This document shows positions 30,401-42,216 of a stretch of 64,000 bases of DNA, piece after piece (within the stretch, counting starts at the first letter, position 1; the number at the start of each line of letters is the position of its first letter). The translations under genes were made by a program, and so were the position numbers. This stretch comes from Phaeosaccion multiseriatum (lineage: Eukaryota > Protista > Ochrophyta, other classes), in NCBI GenBank assembly GCA_965112735.1, contig OZ218961.1:372001-436000 (forward strand), in the 5' to 3' direction. The notes below the pieces were generated by a model. It had not been told where the DNA came from and did no database searches. It saw only the letters and a list, made by a program, of their open reading frames with translations.

Positions 30401-33102
30401 CTCTCCCTCTCTCCTCTGTCTCCCTCTCTCTCTCCTCTGTCTCCCTCTCTCTCTGTGTGTCTCTCTTTCTCTCTGTCTCCCTCTCTCTCTCTGTGTGTGT
30501 GTGTGGATCTTTGCAGGAGGCTGGTGATAACTTGCCTGAACTCGCACGGAAAACCAAGAATTTCTCCGGGGCTGAAATAGAGGTGAGTGAGAAGGTTAAG
30601 GTGTGAGGGAGTGCGTGGGCGAGTGAGTGAGTGAATGAGTGGGCGGGTGGGTGAGGGAGTGAGTGAGTGGGTGGGTGGGTGAGGGAGTGAGTGTGTGTGT
30701 GAGGGAGAAGACAGCGATAAGGGAGAGAGAGAGCAGAAGGGTGAAGAGCGAAAACAAGGGAAGGGAAGGGAGATCAGACGCGCTTCTTAGCTCACCTACG
30801 CACGCACTTTCCTCATCCACTGCCATCTCTTCCTCCCCATCACACATACGCACGACACATCACACTTCCACCCACCTCCCCATCCACTTTCATCCCCTCC
30901 CCCATCGCCTCCCCCCGCTCTCCCCCTCCTTGTCACCCCACCTCACCCACGCCCCACCCACCCACCCACATACGCACTCACCCACCCACCCCACCCACTC
31001 ACTCACCGACCCCTCATCCATTGACTTACTTCCCACAGGGCCTGGTGAAGAGCGCTGCATCGTACGCCTTCCACCGCAACGTGGATGTGAAGAACCTCGG
31101 GAAGGCTCTCGACGAGGGCAGCCTCAAGGTGGAGTGGGCGGACTTCGAGATGGCCCTCACAGGTGTGTATCACCAACGCGTGCTTACATCATGTGTGTGT
31201 ATGTGTGCGAGTGTGTGTGTGTGCGTGGCGTAGCGTAGGGCCTTGTCTTGCCTCGCCTTCTCTGGTTGCTCTGCACACGCTCCAGTCTCACCCTTTCCCC
31301 TCCTCCTCCTCCTCCTCCTCCTCCTCCTCCTCCTCCTCCCTCTCTCCCTCTCTGTCTTTTACATTTTCTCCCCCTCTCTCTCTGTATATATATCCCTCTT
31401 TCTATCCCCCCCTCCTTTCCTCTCCCTCCCTCTCAGAGATCCAGCCGAAGTTCGGTGCCAACACGGAGGACCTTGAGGCCATGTTCCGTAACGGCATTGT
31501 GCACTACGGATCCAACTTTGACGAGATTGCCACCACCCTAAGGAGACTCGTTGATCAGGTGTGTGTTAGTGGATGTGCATGTGAGTGTGAGTGGGTGCGT
31601 GTGTGTAAGTGTGTGTGTGAGTGACTGACTGAGTGAGTGAGTGAGTGAGTGTGGGACGGAGTGATTAGCCCGAAGGGGGCATGGGCAAGCACACACAGAG
31701 ATTGAATTAGGGCGAGACGGGCAAAGGGAGAAAGAGAGGGAAGAGACACCTCAGGCAGGCGTATGGGGTATGTGCAGGCGTATGGGCATGTGACTCGCTG
31801 ACCGACTCGTCTCTCTCCTCCTGTCTAAACTCTCGCCCCTCTCTCTCTTCTCCCATATCTCCTATCTCTCTGTGTCGCCCATTCCTCTCCTTCTGCCACC
31901 CACCCTACCATCCCTCCCTCCCGCTCTCCTTCTCTCTCCCCCTCCGTCCCTCCCTTCTTCCCTCTTTGCCTCCCATCCCTCCCTCCCGCTCCCCTTCTCT
32001 CTCCCTCCGTCCCTCCCTCCGTCCCTCTCTCCCTCCCTCCCCCCATCTCTCCCTCCCTCCCTCCCTCCCTCTCTCTCCACCCTCCCTCCCTCCCTCCCTC
32101 CCTCCTTTCCCTCCCTCCTTTCCCTCCCTCCCTCCATCTCTCCCTCCCTCCCTCCCTCCTTTCCCTCCCTCCTTTCCCTCCGTCCCTCCCTCCCTCCCTC
32201 CCTCTCTCTGCCCCAGGTGCGGGGCAGCGAGCGCACTCCCCTCATGTCTGTGCTGCTGGAGGGTAAGCCCTTCTCCGGCAAGACGGCAATCGCGGCCCAC
32301 ATGGGAGTCACCAGCGAGTTTCCCTTCGTCAGGAAGGTGCGGTAGTTGGTGATACAACTCACAGCCACGCTCCGTCTCGCTCACTCCGCCTCATTCACTC
32401 GTCCTTTTGTGGGCACTGGTAGCGAGTTTGTGCGTTCGATGTTTAAGAAAGTTCAGACAGAGTATCCGTTTGGAGGGCTCTGCTGAAGATCTTCGCGCCC
32501 TGTTCTGTTGCTCAGCCTCCTCCCTCCTCCCTCCCTCCCTCCCCCTCCCTCCCTCCCTCCCTCCCTCCCTCCCTCCCTCCCCCAAAACACAGATTTCCGC
32601 AGACGACATGATCGGCATGCCCGAGTCTGCCAAATGCGCACACATCAGCAACTGCTTCCTGGAGTCGTACAAATCTCCCCTGTCCCTCATCTTCATCGAC
32701 GACCTCGAACGCATCATCGACTTTGTCAAGATCGGCCCTCGCTTCTCCAACACCGTACTCCAGACACTCCTTGTCCTGCTCAAGAAGTCTCCTCCATCCA
32801 CGGGCCATCGCCTGATGGTGGTGGCGACCACGGCCATCCCGTCTGCCTTGGAGGAACTGCAGCTCGTGGATGTGTTCAACGTGTCTCTCCATGTGCCGGA
32901 GCTGCAGAGCCCGGATGAGATCAAGACCGTGTTGAGGGAGCTTGTACCCATGAGTCAGGCGGACATGGACTCGATTGCCAATGTCATGACCAAGCCGATT
33001 GGCATCAAGCAGCTGCTCATGGTGACGGAGATGGCGCGTAGTGACGAGAATACCGTGGACTGCCATCGCTTCTTGGAGTGCCTGCATACTTGCGGATATT
33101 GA
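25031..33102 (+). CDS. NSF: N-ethylmaleimide-sensitive factor (vesicle-fusing ATPase, Sec18); about 13 exons
   Basis: [70 protein letters not shown]2 GKTAIAA, IDDLER, GPRFSN. Confidence 0.97.
26040..26175. repeat. ~20-22-bp minisatellite (gtcgagggggtcgataaggg) in an NSF intron
   Basis: About 6 degenerate copies. Confidence 0.85.
26417..26880. repeat. ~77-bp purine-rich minisatellite, about 6 copies, in an NSF intron
   Basis: gatcaaag recurs at ~26453, 26530, 26604, 26681, 26758 and 26835. Confidence 0.9.
27830..28042. repeat. (GGGTA)n pentamer tract in an NSF intron (G-quadruplex potential)
   Basis: Read directly. Confidence 0.9.
28465..28795. repeat. ~22-bp minisatellite (atgcctccaatctaatgcctat) in an NSF intron
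   Basis: Multiple degenerate copies. Confidence 0.85.
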
Positions 33103-33526
33103 GTGCCTGATTGGCTGATTGGTTGGTTGATTGAGTAGTCTTTGCTTGATTGGTTGATGCATTGATGCATTGATTGACTGATCGATTGCTTGATAGATGT
33201 GTTACCGATGAGTACAGAGTCTGCGTGCCTGCCCTCTGCTATAATACATCATCGATTCTCTCTATCAACTTATGCCTGACGAAGGAGCGAGCGCTCTGCT
33301 GACGGCATCGATGGAGCTCTTATACTGGACAGACAGAGGAGAGATGGGCACAGCCACGAGTGAGCGACCGGCCGGAGGAAACAGATAATGATGTGGCTGT
33401 TGCTGACACCCTTCCCCTCTCTTCATCCCTTCCTCGCTGACGGACCTTGACGCTTCCTCCTCTTGGTGTGAGTACCGCTGCTCCTTCGCGCGCTGCCCCT
33501 CCCTGCCCCGCTTCCACACCTTCGCC

Positions 33527-33632
33527 CTCTGCCCGGCTGGTGAACAAAGTGGTGCTACGGCTACTCGAAGCGGTTCGGCCTGCCGGGAGTTGACAACGCC
33601 ACGCAGGAGCAAACGCCGAAGAACAGCTTTGA
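33527..33632 (+). pseudogene. Inverted relic of the GH1 last exon together with its acceptor region
   Basis: [27 protein letters not shown] versus [27 protein letters not shown] at 19.6-19.7 kb; the intron tail ctctgccc-ggctggtgaacaaa is shared. Confidence 0.85.
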
Positions 33633-33773
33633 CATCATGAGGCAAAGACGCTTGGGCCGTACTATTATATTACAGAGCCTTTTTACAAGTAAATTGTGAA
33701 GTCAGTCCAAGCAACAAGGCCGTTGCCATACTTGAACATGCGCTTCTTACTTGAACAGTCGCTTCTATAGTGC

Positions 33774-36700
33774 CTACATCCTCGTCCCTCCCTTGCATTC
33801 CAGGCCCAGACCGAGAACTCTCTTCGCCTGGTGTTCGACACCTTCCTCTCCCTTGTGGTACTTCAACGTACCCAATACCGCCTCCACCGCACCCGTGTGG
33901 CCCAGTCTCTTCTTGTTGACCTCATCTACACCCAGATTCGCAACAGCCCAGCATGCCTTCTCTTGGACACCTCTGTCCTCTACGTACTTCACCATGGCCG
34001 TCACCACCGTCTCGCACGCACCCGCCTCGCCCAGTTTCTTCTTGTTGGCCTCATTTACACTCAGATTCACAACAGCCCCGCATGCCTGCTCTTGGACACG
34101 TCTGTCGTCTGCGTTCTTCCCCATGGCCGTCACCACCGCCTTGCACGCACCCGCCTCGCCCAGTCTCTTCTTGTTGGCCTCGTTTCCATTGCTCAGATTC
34201 GCAACAGCCCTGCATGCCTGCTCTTGGACACCTCTGTCCTTTGCGTGCTTCACCATGGCCGTCACCACCGCCTCGCACGCACCCGCCTCGCCCAGTCTCT
34301 TGTTGTTGGCCTCATCTATACTCAGATTCACAACAGCCCCACATGCCTGCTCTTGGACACCTCTGTCCTCTGTGTGCTTCAACATGGCCGTCACCACCGC
34401 CTCGCACGCACCCGCCTCGCCCAGTCTCTTCTTGTTGCCCTCGATTGCACTGCTCAGATTCGCAACAGCCCTGCATGCCCAATACTGGACACCTCTGTCC
34501 TCTGCGTACTTCACCATGGCCTTCACCACCGCCTCGCACGCACCCGCCTCGACCAGTCTCTTGTTGTTGGTCTCGTTTCCACTGCTCAGAGTCACAACAG
34601 CCCCACATGCCTGCTCTTGGACACCTCTGTCCTCTGCGTGCTTCACCATGGCCGTCACCACCGCCTCGCACGCACCCGCCTCGCCCAGTCTCTTGTTGTT
34701 GGTCTCGTTTCCATAGCTCAGATTCGTAACAGCCTGGCATGCCTGCTCTTGGACACCTCTGTCCTCTATGTGCTTCACCATGGCCGTCACCACCGCCTCG
34801 CACGCACCCGCCTCGCCCAGTCTCTTGTTGTTGGTCTCGTTTCCATTGCTCAGATTCGCAACAGCCCTGCATGCCATCTCTTGGACACCTCTGTCCTCTG
34901 CGTGCTTCACCATGACCGTCACCACCGCCTCGCACGCACCCGCCTCGACCAGTCTCTTGTTGTTGGCCTCGTTTCCACTGCTCAGAGTCACAACAGCCCT
35001 GCATGCCTGCTCTTGGACACCTCTGTCCTCTGCGTGCTTCACCATGACCGTCACCACCGCCTCGCACGCACCCGCCTCGCCCAGTCTCTTGTTGTTGGTC
35101 TCGTTTCCACTGCTCAGATTCGCAACAGCCCCGCATGCCATCTCTTGGACACCTCTGTCCTCTGCGTGCTTCACCATGGCCGTCACCACCGCCTCGCACG
35201 CACCCGCCTCGCCCAGTCTCTTGTTGTTGGTCTCGTTTCCACTGCTCAGAGTCGCAACAGCCCAGCATGCCATCTCTTGGACACCTCTGTCCTCTGCGTG
35301 CTTCACCATGGCCGTCACCACCGCCTCGCACGCACCCGCCTCGCCCAGTCTCTTGTTGTTGGTCTCGTTTCCATAGCTCAGATTCGTAACAGCCTGGCAC
35401 GCCTGCTCTTGGACACCTCTGTCCTCTGCGTGCTTCACCATGGCCGTCACCACCGCCTCGCACGCACCCGCCTCGCCCAGTCTCTTGTTGTTGGTCTCGT
35501 TTCCATTGCTCAGATTCGTAACAGCCTGGCATGCCTGCTCTTGGACACCTCTGTCCTCTATGTGCTTCACCATGGCCGTCACCACCGCCTCGCACGCACC
35601 CGCCTCGCCCAGTCTCTTCTCGTTGGTATCATCTACACTCAGAATCGCAACAGCCCCGCATGCCTGCTCTTGGACACCTCTGTCCTCTGCGTGCTTCACC
35701 ATGGCCGTCACCACCGCCTCGCACGCACCCGCCTCGCCCAGTCTCTTGTTGTTGGTCTCGTTGCCACTGCTCAGAGTCGCAACAGCCCAGCATGCCTGCT
35801 CTTGGACACCTCTGTCCTCTGCGTGCTTCACCATGGCCGTCACCACCGCCTCGCACGCACCCGCCTCGCCTAGTCTCTTGTTGTTGGTCTCGTTTCCATA
35901 GCTCAGATTCGTAACAGCCCAGCATGCCTTCTCTTGGACACCTCTGTCCTCTATGTGCTTCACCATGGCCGTCACCACCGCCTCGCACGCACCCGCCTCG
36001 CCCAGTCTCTTCTCGTTGGTATCATCTACACTCAGAATCGCAACAGCCCAGCATGCCTGCTCTTGGACACCTCTGTCCTCTGCGTGCTTCACCATGACCG
36101 TCACCACCGCCTCGCACGCACCCGCCTCGCCCAGTCTCTTGTTGTTGGTCTCGTTTCCACTGCTCAGATTCGCAACAGCCCCGCATGCCATCTCTTGGAC
36201 ACCTCTGTCCTCTGCGTGCTTCACCATGGCCGTCACCACCGCCTCGCACGCACCCGCCTCGCCCAGTCTCTTGTTGTTGGTCTCGTTTCCACTGCTCAGA
36301 GTCGCAACAGCCCAGCATGCCTGCTCTTGGACACCTCTGTCCTCTGCGTGCTTCACCATGGCCGTCACCACCGCCTCGCACGCACCCGCCTCGCCCAGTC
36401 TCTTGTTGTTGGTCTCGTGTCCACTGCTCAGAGTCGCAACAGCCTGGCATGCCTGCTCTTGGACACCTCTGTCCTCTGCGTGCTTCACCATGGCCGTCAC
36501 CACCGCCTCGCACGCACCCGCCTCGCCCAGTCTCTTGTTGTTGGTCTCGTTTCCATTGCTCAGATTCGCAACAGCCCCGCATGCCATCTCTTGGACACCT
36601 CTGTCCTCTGCGTGCTTCACCATGGCCGTCACCACCGCCTCGCACGCACCCGCCTCGCCCAGTCTCTTGTTGTTGGTCTCGTTTCCAGTGCTCAGAGTCG

Positions 36701-39700
36701 CAACAGCCCTGCATGCCTTCTCTTGGACACCTCTGTCCCCTGCGTGCTTCACCATGGCCGTCACCACCGCCTCGCACGCACCCGCCTCGCCCAGTCTCTT
36801 CTCGTTGGTATCATCGACACTCAGAATCGCAACAGCCCTGCATGCCATCTCTTGGACACCTCTGTCCTCTGCGTACTTCACCATGGCCGTCACCACCGCC
36901 TCGCACGCACCCGCCTCGCCCAGTCTCTTGTTGTTGGTATCATCTATACTCAGATTCGCAACAGCCCAGCATGCCATCTCTTGGACACCTCTGTCGTCTG
37001 CGTGCTTCACCATGGCCGTCACCACCGCCTCGCACGCACCCGCCTCGCCCAGTCTCTTGTTGTTGGTCTCGTTTCCACTGCTCAGATTCGTAACAGCTCT
37101 ACATGCCTGCTCTTGGACACCTCTGTCCTCTGCGTGCTTCACCATGACCGTCACCACCGCCTCGCACGCACCCGCCTCGCCCAGTCTCTTGTTGTTGGTA
37201 TCATCTATACTCAGATTCGCAACAGCCTTGCATGCCATCTCTTGGACACCTCTGTCGTCTGCGTGCTTCACCATGGCCGTCACCACCGCCTCGCACGCAC
37301 CCGCCTCGCCCAGTCTCTTGTTGTTGGTATCATCTATACTCAGATTCGCAACAGCCTTGCATGCCTGCTCTTGGATACCTCTGTCCTCTGCGTACTTCAC
37401 CATGGCCGTCACCACCGCCTCGCACGCACCCGCAGCACCGAGCCTGACCCTGACTTCATCGTCGCTGGCCAGGTATAGTACGACGTCAAGCCCTGCTAGT
37501 GCTACATTCACGTCCCCAGCGTGCTTCGAGAGAGCTCGAACCACTTCCTTGCCCATCCCCGCCTGCGCAAGGGGCAAGGCCTCCTCACCTGGACCGAGAC
37601 CGCCAGAGGAGGTGCTCGGACGGGGAAGAGCCGCGATGGCCTTGAGAGCGTGCTGCATCACTTCGCCCACTCCCTCGCCCTCGTAGCTCTGCAGGAGCGC
37701 CACCAAGACGCCGTACTCTCGCCCAGCAAGGGCGCTTGATATATTCCTCTTCACCTCGTCCTTCCCACTGGGTGTAGGCGATGCGCGTCCCTGCTGCTGC
37801 TGGGGCGGTGATGGCGGTACTGCTGGCCACTGGAATGCTGCGAATACTTGGTCCCGTGACGGGGGTACCGAAGAGGGAGAGCCAACTCGCCCTCGGGTTG
37901 CCTTGCTCTTGCCGACAGCGTCGAATCTCCCCCCCTCCTGCCGCTTCCTCGCCTTATCATCCGTAGCTTGGGCATCCGCCTCCCTCTCCTCCTCCTCCTC
38001 CTCCTCCTCCTGTTGCTGCTGGCGAAGCGATGCTGGGCGGGTCCGGCGGCCAACACCTCCACGCGGGTCGCTTCTCTCCTCCACTATGGCGCCCAAAGCT
38101 TGCGAGACGTCGCTGCTGGAGGGTCGCTGGCCTGGGGCCTGCTGCCAGCACTGCCGCATGAGGTCTTCGATGCGCTTGTCCTCTACCACGCATGTCTCCG
38201 GGAGGAGGGGCCTTTCCTTCTTCACGGCCACCCTCCTACATATATGAGCCTGACTCAGTCCTTGAAAGGGAAGCTGGAAGGACAGCATCTCGTACATCAC
38301 CATGCCGAAGCTGTGCAGGAGGGCACGGGCAGCAGTGTGGAAGGAGACGAAGGAACAGCGAAGCGGGTGAGCTAAAGTGGACTACAAGAAGTGACACAGT
38401 GCATTGGCGGCAGTCCGCCGAGGTAGAGAGGTGGCTCCTTAACGAAAGCTTCAGCATGCCCGGCCTGGGAGTGTACGACAGAGAACGAGAGGCACACCTC
38501 ACCCAAAGAGCAAGTTCAAATGCAGCGTCCGCTCAGCCAGCTTGCAAGCAAAGAAATACAGTCATTCACCTACACGCCGCCTCGCTCTCTGCCTCACCTG
38601 TACACATCCGCGGCAGGGGTACCCTTCTCCTCATCCCAAATCTCAGGAGCCATCCAATGATAAGACCCCACCGACTTTGCTCCAGCTGTGCTCATGGAGC
38701 TGCTGCCTGTCTTCATCTGACGAGCGAAAAAGGAGAACAGCAGACGGGGCGGGTAGGAGGTTGGGGCTGGGTGACACGTGGCTGCTGCGTCAGAGAAAGG
38801 CAGGCGAGGAAGTGGGCAGTAGGAGGGCAGCCCCCAAGAGAGCCACCTGTACTATTCCTCTGCTGCTGCCTCTTCTCCGCCACCCTTACCTTGGCCATGC
38901 CAAAGTCGCACACCTTGACCCTATTGCTGGGGTACACGAGGAAGTTCAGGCTCTTGACGTCTCGGTGCAGCACGTCCTCCGCATGGAGGTGGGCCAGGCC
39001 TCGCACACCGTCGTACAGCATCGCCACACGCTCATCCCACGTCGAAGGAGGGGCGTCTGGGCCTCCTTGCTGCTCTCCACCGCCGCACGTTGCGGCGTGC
39101 ATCTGCAGATACTCGTACAAGCTTCCCTCTGGAGCGAGCTCCATCACCACGCACAGCGTGGGCTCCACTGTGCACGCGCCGTACAGAGGCACGATGAAGT
39201 CGTGGCGCAGCCAGTTGTGGACCTTGATTTCGTTGCGGAACTCCTTTAGCTCTTTGGCGCTCAGAGCCGCGCCATTACCGGTGATCACCTTCACTGCCAC
39301 TGTCGTCGTTCTCCGCCACTTGGCGACTCTCACCGCCCCGAAGCTGCCCTGGCCCAGACACCCCGCCGCGCTCTCATCAACCTCGAGGTCGGAAAAATCA
39401 ATCTCCTTGAAGCCTAAGATCCTCTCCCCCGCCTGCAGTCGACTCACCCTCAGCGCCTCCACCACATCCTTGTACCGCTCGTCCATCTTGCTCGTCTTCT
39501 CCTTCTCGTCCTCCAGGTCTTGGAGCAATTTGGTCATGTCCTCCTCTTCGTCCCTTTGACGGTGTGCCTCCTCCTGCTGTGCGGCAAGTCTCGCCCTCAC
39601 CGTCTCGCTCAGCTGAAGGTGCAGTATACACTCATCAAGGCGACTGTGGAATTCCGCAAAGACGCCAATATGTGCCTTGGCGCGGCGCTGGATCTTCCAC

Positions 39701-39954
39701 CACGTCTGAGTTGCGGCATACTCACTGAGCTTGTCCTCAATCTCCCGGACCAGCGCAAGCAGGAAGCGTAGGGCACTATCCCTCTCCTCCTCCCATACCC
39801 CCTCCCTTGTGAGAGCCTGCAGAGGCGCCTCCAGCATCGTGAGCCGGTCAGCGACGCGCTTACACTGCTTGGGGTAGCATTTGACACGCGCTGCGTGGGT
39901 CATGATTGACTGTATACCTGTGAACACCAGACTTACAACAAGCTCGGCCTCCAT
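33774..39954 (-). CDS. MLKL-like N-terminal four-helix bundle + coiled coil + TKL protein kinase + 27 tandem ARM repeats (~1900 aa); exons 38890-39954, 38598-38716 and 33774-38310
   Basis: N-terminus VKCYPKQCKRVADRLTMLEAPLQAL...RLDECILHLQL resembles MLKL_NTD. Kinase motifs GQGSFG, VAVK, HRDVKSLN, DFG, WMAPE and DVYSFG are joined by two GT-AG introns. ARM consensus is LGEAGACEAVVTAM..VQE.AC.AV..LS. Confidence 0.9.
33905..37445 (-). repeat. Coding tandem array of 27 near-identical 129/132-bp units (43/44-aa ARM repeats)
   Basis: Counted from the translation; divergent capping repeats on both sides. Confidence 0.95.
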
Positions 39955-40395
39955 GATCAGCACTACTAGGCTGGGCGATGGTCTTCCCTTCGCTGCACGT
40001 TGTGGTATATATAGTCCTCGTCGTCCAAAAGAAAGACAAGGAGAAATGGGAAGGAAGAAAAAGACGTCCCCCCTTCTCTCTCTCGGTAATTACACTAGCA
40101 CCACCATCGGCCCTTCTTATGCTCTTCGAATGGGGAATTTCCCCCCCCTAATGGATGGCCTCTGGGATCTGAGATACTTTTCATCGTTCGATCCAGATCG
40201 ATCGATCACGCATCGATCACGCAATTCGAAGCAATTTGAACCTAAGGTTACGTATTGTACCATCATCTGCAAGGCCTCCACATCCAGCGTCACAAATGGC
40301 TGAGCTTGACAAGAACTTCTCTTATCTCTCTTCCTCCTCCACAGCCGGTGTATACATAATCTCCTCCACAGCGGGAGGAAGAAGGAGGCGAGGTG

Positions 40396-42175
40396 ATGGC
40401 AAAGCTTGCGGAGATAATCACGCGTTCACCACTCCTGGCAGCAGCTTCAACTCATGCGGACGGTGGCCCCTTGGGCGAGGGCGGGGGCCTGTTCGCTCGC
40501 TTGGGGTTGCGAGACTTGCCTCCCCTGGAAAGTGTGCGAGTCACTCACCATATCGGTGAAGTCAGCAAGACGAGACTGAGCGAGGGCGGCGGCGAGCCTA
40601 CCATCAGCAATGTCATTTTATTTCACTGGAACGGCCGAGTGATCTACACGGCCTTCATTCCAGAGGAGGGGGAGCGGTGGTCGCATATCCGCACGTGCCT
40701 TCTCTTGCTGGACAGCAATCCTTACACGCTGCTCCAAATGGCAGCACAGGAAGAGGAAGAGAAGACGGCCCAAGAAGAGCAACAGAAGCAGCAGCACCAG
40801 CACAAGCAGGAGCAGCACCAGCAAGACACCAACAAGGCCGATGCTCTGCTGCTCTTCGTGTCTGGCGACCGCTCTCAGGTCGGCAAGAGCAGTGCATGCC
40901 TCGGTCTCCTGGGATCCTTGCTCGCGCTGGGCTTCGCTCCCTCCGAGCTGGCCTACATCAAGCCCGCCACCCAGTGCGAGGCGCCCCAGCTCGTCGGGAA
41001 GTGGTGCCACGCCAAGGGAATCCGCGGCAGAGGTACGAAGAGCGTGGACAGATGAGTGATTTCTTTCCACCACTCAATCATTAAACCTAAACAGGGCCCC
41101 ACCCCGCCACACGAGACCGCTTGAAGGGAAGCCAACTTGTAGCGGAGTATAGGAGGGTGGGGGTGTCTTGTTTGTGGCATACGTTGCCCACCTCGATAGA
41201 GCAACTACTGCTCAGGGTACAGCTGTCGTTGACTGCCGTCTGCATCGTGTTAAGGCAGCTCCTCCTCCTCCCCCACTCACCACTGACCCTCCCTTACGTA
41301 CGCATTGACCTGCGCTGTATTCTCGATGCTGCACCATCCCCTTCCTCCCTTTCTCCCCCACTCCTCCACTCCTCACACCCTCACCTCTTCCACCCCCTCA
41401 TCCCCCCACTCCCCCACCCTCTCCTCCCCCACACCCCGCCCCCCACTCCCCGCACTCTCTTCTCTTACCCCCAGGCATTGGCCCTATCGTCTTCTACAAG
41501 GGCTTCACACGTGCCTTCCTCAAGGGGCAGGGCGGCACCTCACATGAGCTTCTGGCGGACGCTGTTGACGCCGTCAGAGACATCGCCCGAGGGAAGCGCC
41601 TCGTCATCGTGGACGGAGTTGGGTACCCCGCAGTTGGGTCCATCTGCGGTGTAAGCAACGCGGATGTGGCGCATGCATTGGGCGCACCGGTGATATTGAT
41701 TGGCAAGCAGGGTGTGGGGGATGCGGTAGACTCGTTCAATCTCAACGCGACCTTCTTCGCCAGCAAGGGGGTGGACGTGTTGGGAGGGGTGTTTAACCGC
41801 ATCAGCGAGAGCGGCTTTTACAGCGTGGACAAGTGCAAGGAGGCCATCAGCTTGTACTTTGCACGCGAGAGGCCCACCCTCATGCCCTATGGCTTTGTAC
41901 CCGAAGTTGCTCCGCTGAGTACAAGTAGCAGTGGCAGCGGGCCTTCTCCTTCTTCGCTGCCGACTGCGGCCGAATCAGCTTCAGCTTCAACCTCAGCGCC
42001 AGTCCAACCCTCGTCTCCTCCTCCTCCTGCTGCTGCTGCTGCTGCTGCTGCTGATGCTGATGCTGCTCCTCCTGCTCCCGCTCCGATGGCAGTAGAGACC
42101 GCAGAAGAACTCGCGAGCCTCTTTGACAACACTACCACCACTACCACCACCACCACTACCACTACCACCACCACC

Positions 42176-42216
<41 letters not shown>

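Noticed and set aside
33905-37445. CRISPR-like alternation of constant and variable blocks
   Set aside because: The variable parts are homologous in-frame codons, not unique spacers; there are no cas genes and the context is eukaryotic
33905-37445. Diversity-generating retroelement (variable codons could derive from AAG/AAT by A-to-N change)
   Set aside because: No DGR reverse transcriptase or near-identical template repeat is in the window; selection on codon positions 1-2 plus recombination explains the pattern
33751-37686. Long + strand ORFs (680, 577 and 514 aa) and alternative-frame ORFs over the ARM array
   Set aside because: These are shadows of a tandem repeat whose unit lacks stops in those frames; only the minus frame gives an ARM consensus joined to the kinase
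38713-38889. Kinase truncated after DFG (pseudokinase or pseudogene), as the ORF track suggests
   Set aside because: A GT-AG intron at 38717-38889 restores the activation loop, APE and DVYS in frame
40185-40230. GATC-rich cluster in the divergent promoter, and ccttacgtaagg palindromes near 17228-17261
   Set aside because: Too short to assign a function from sequence alone
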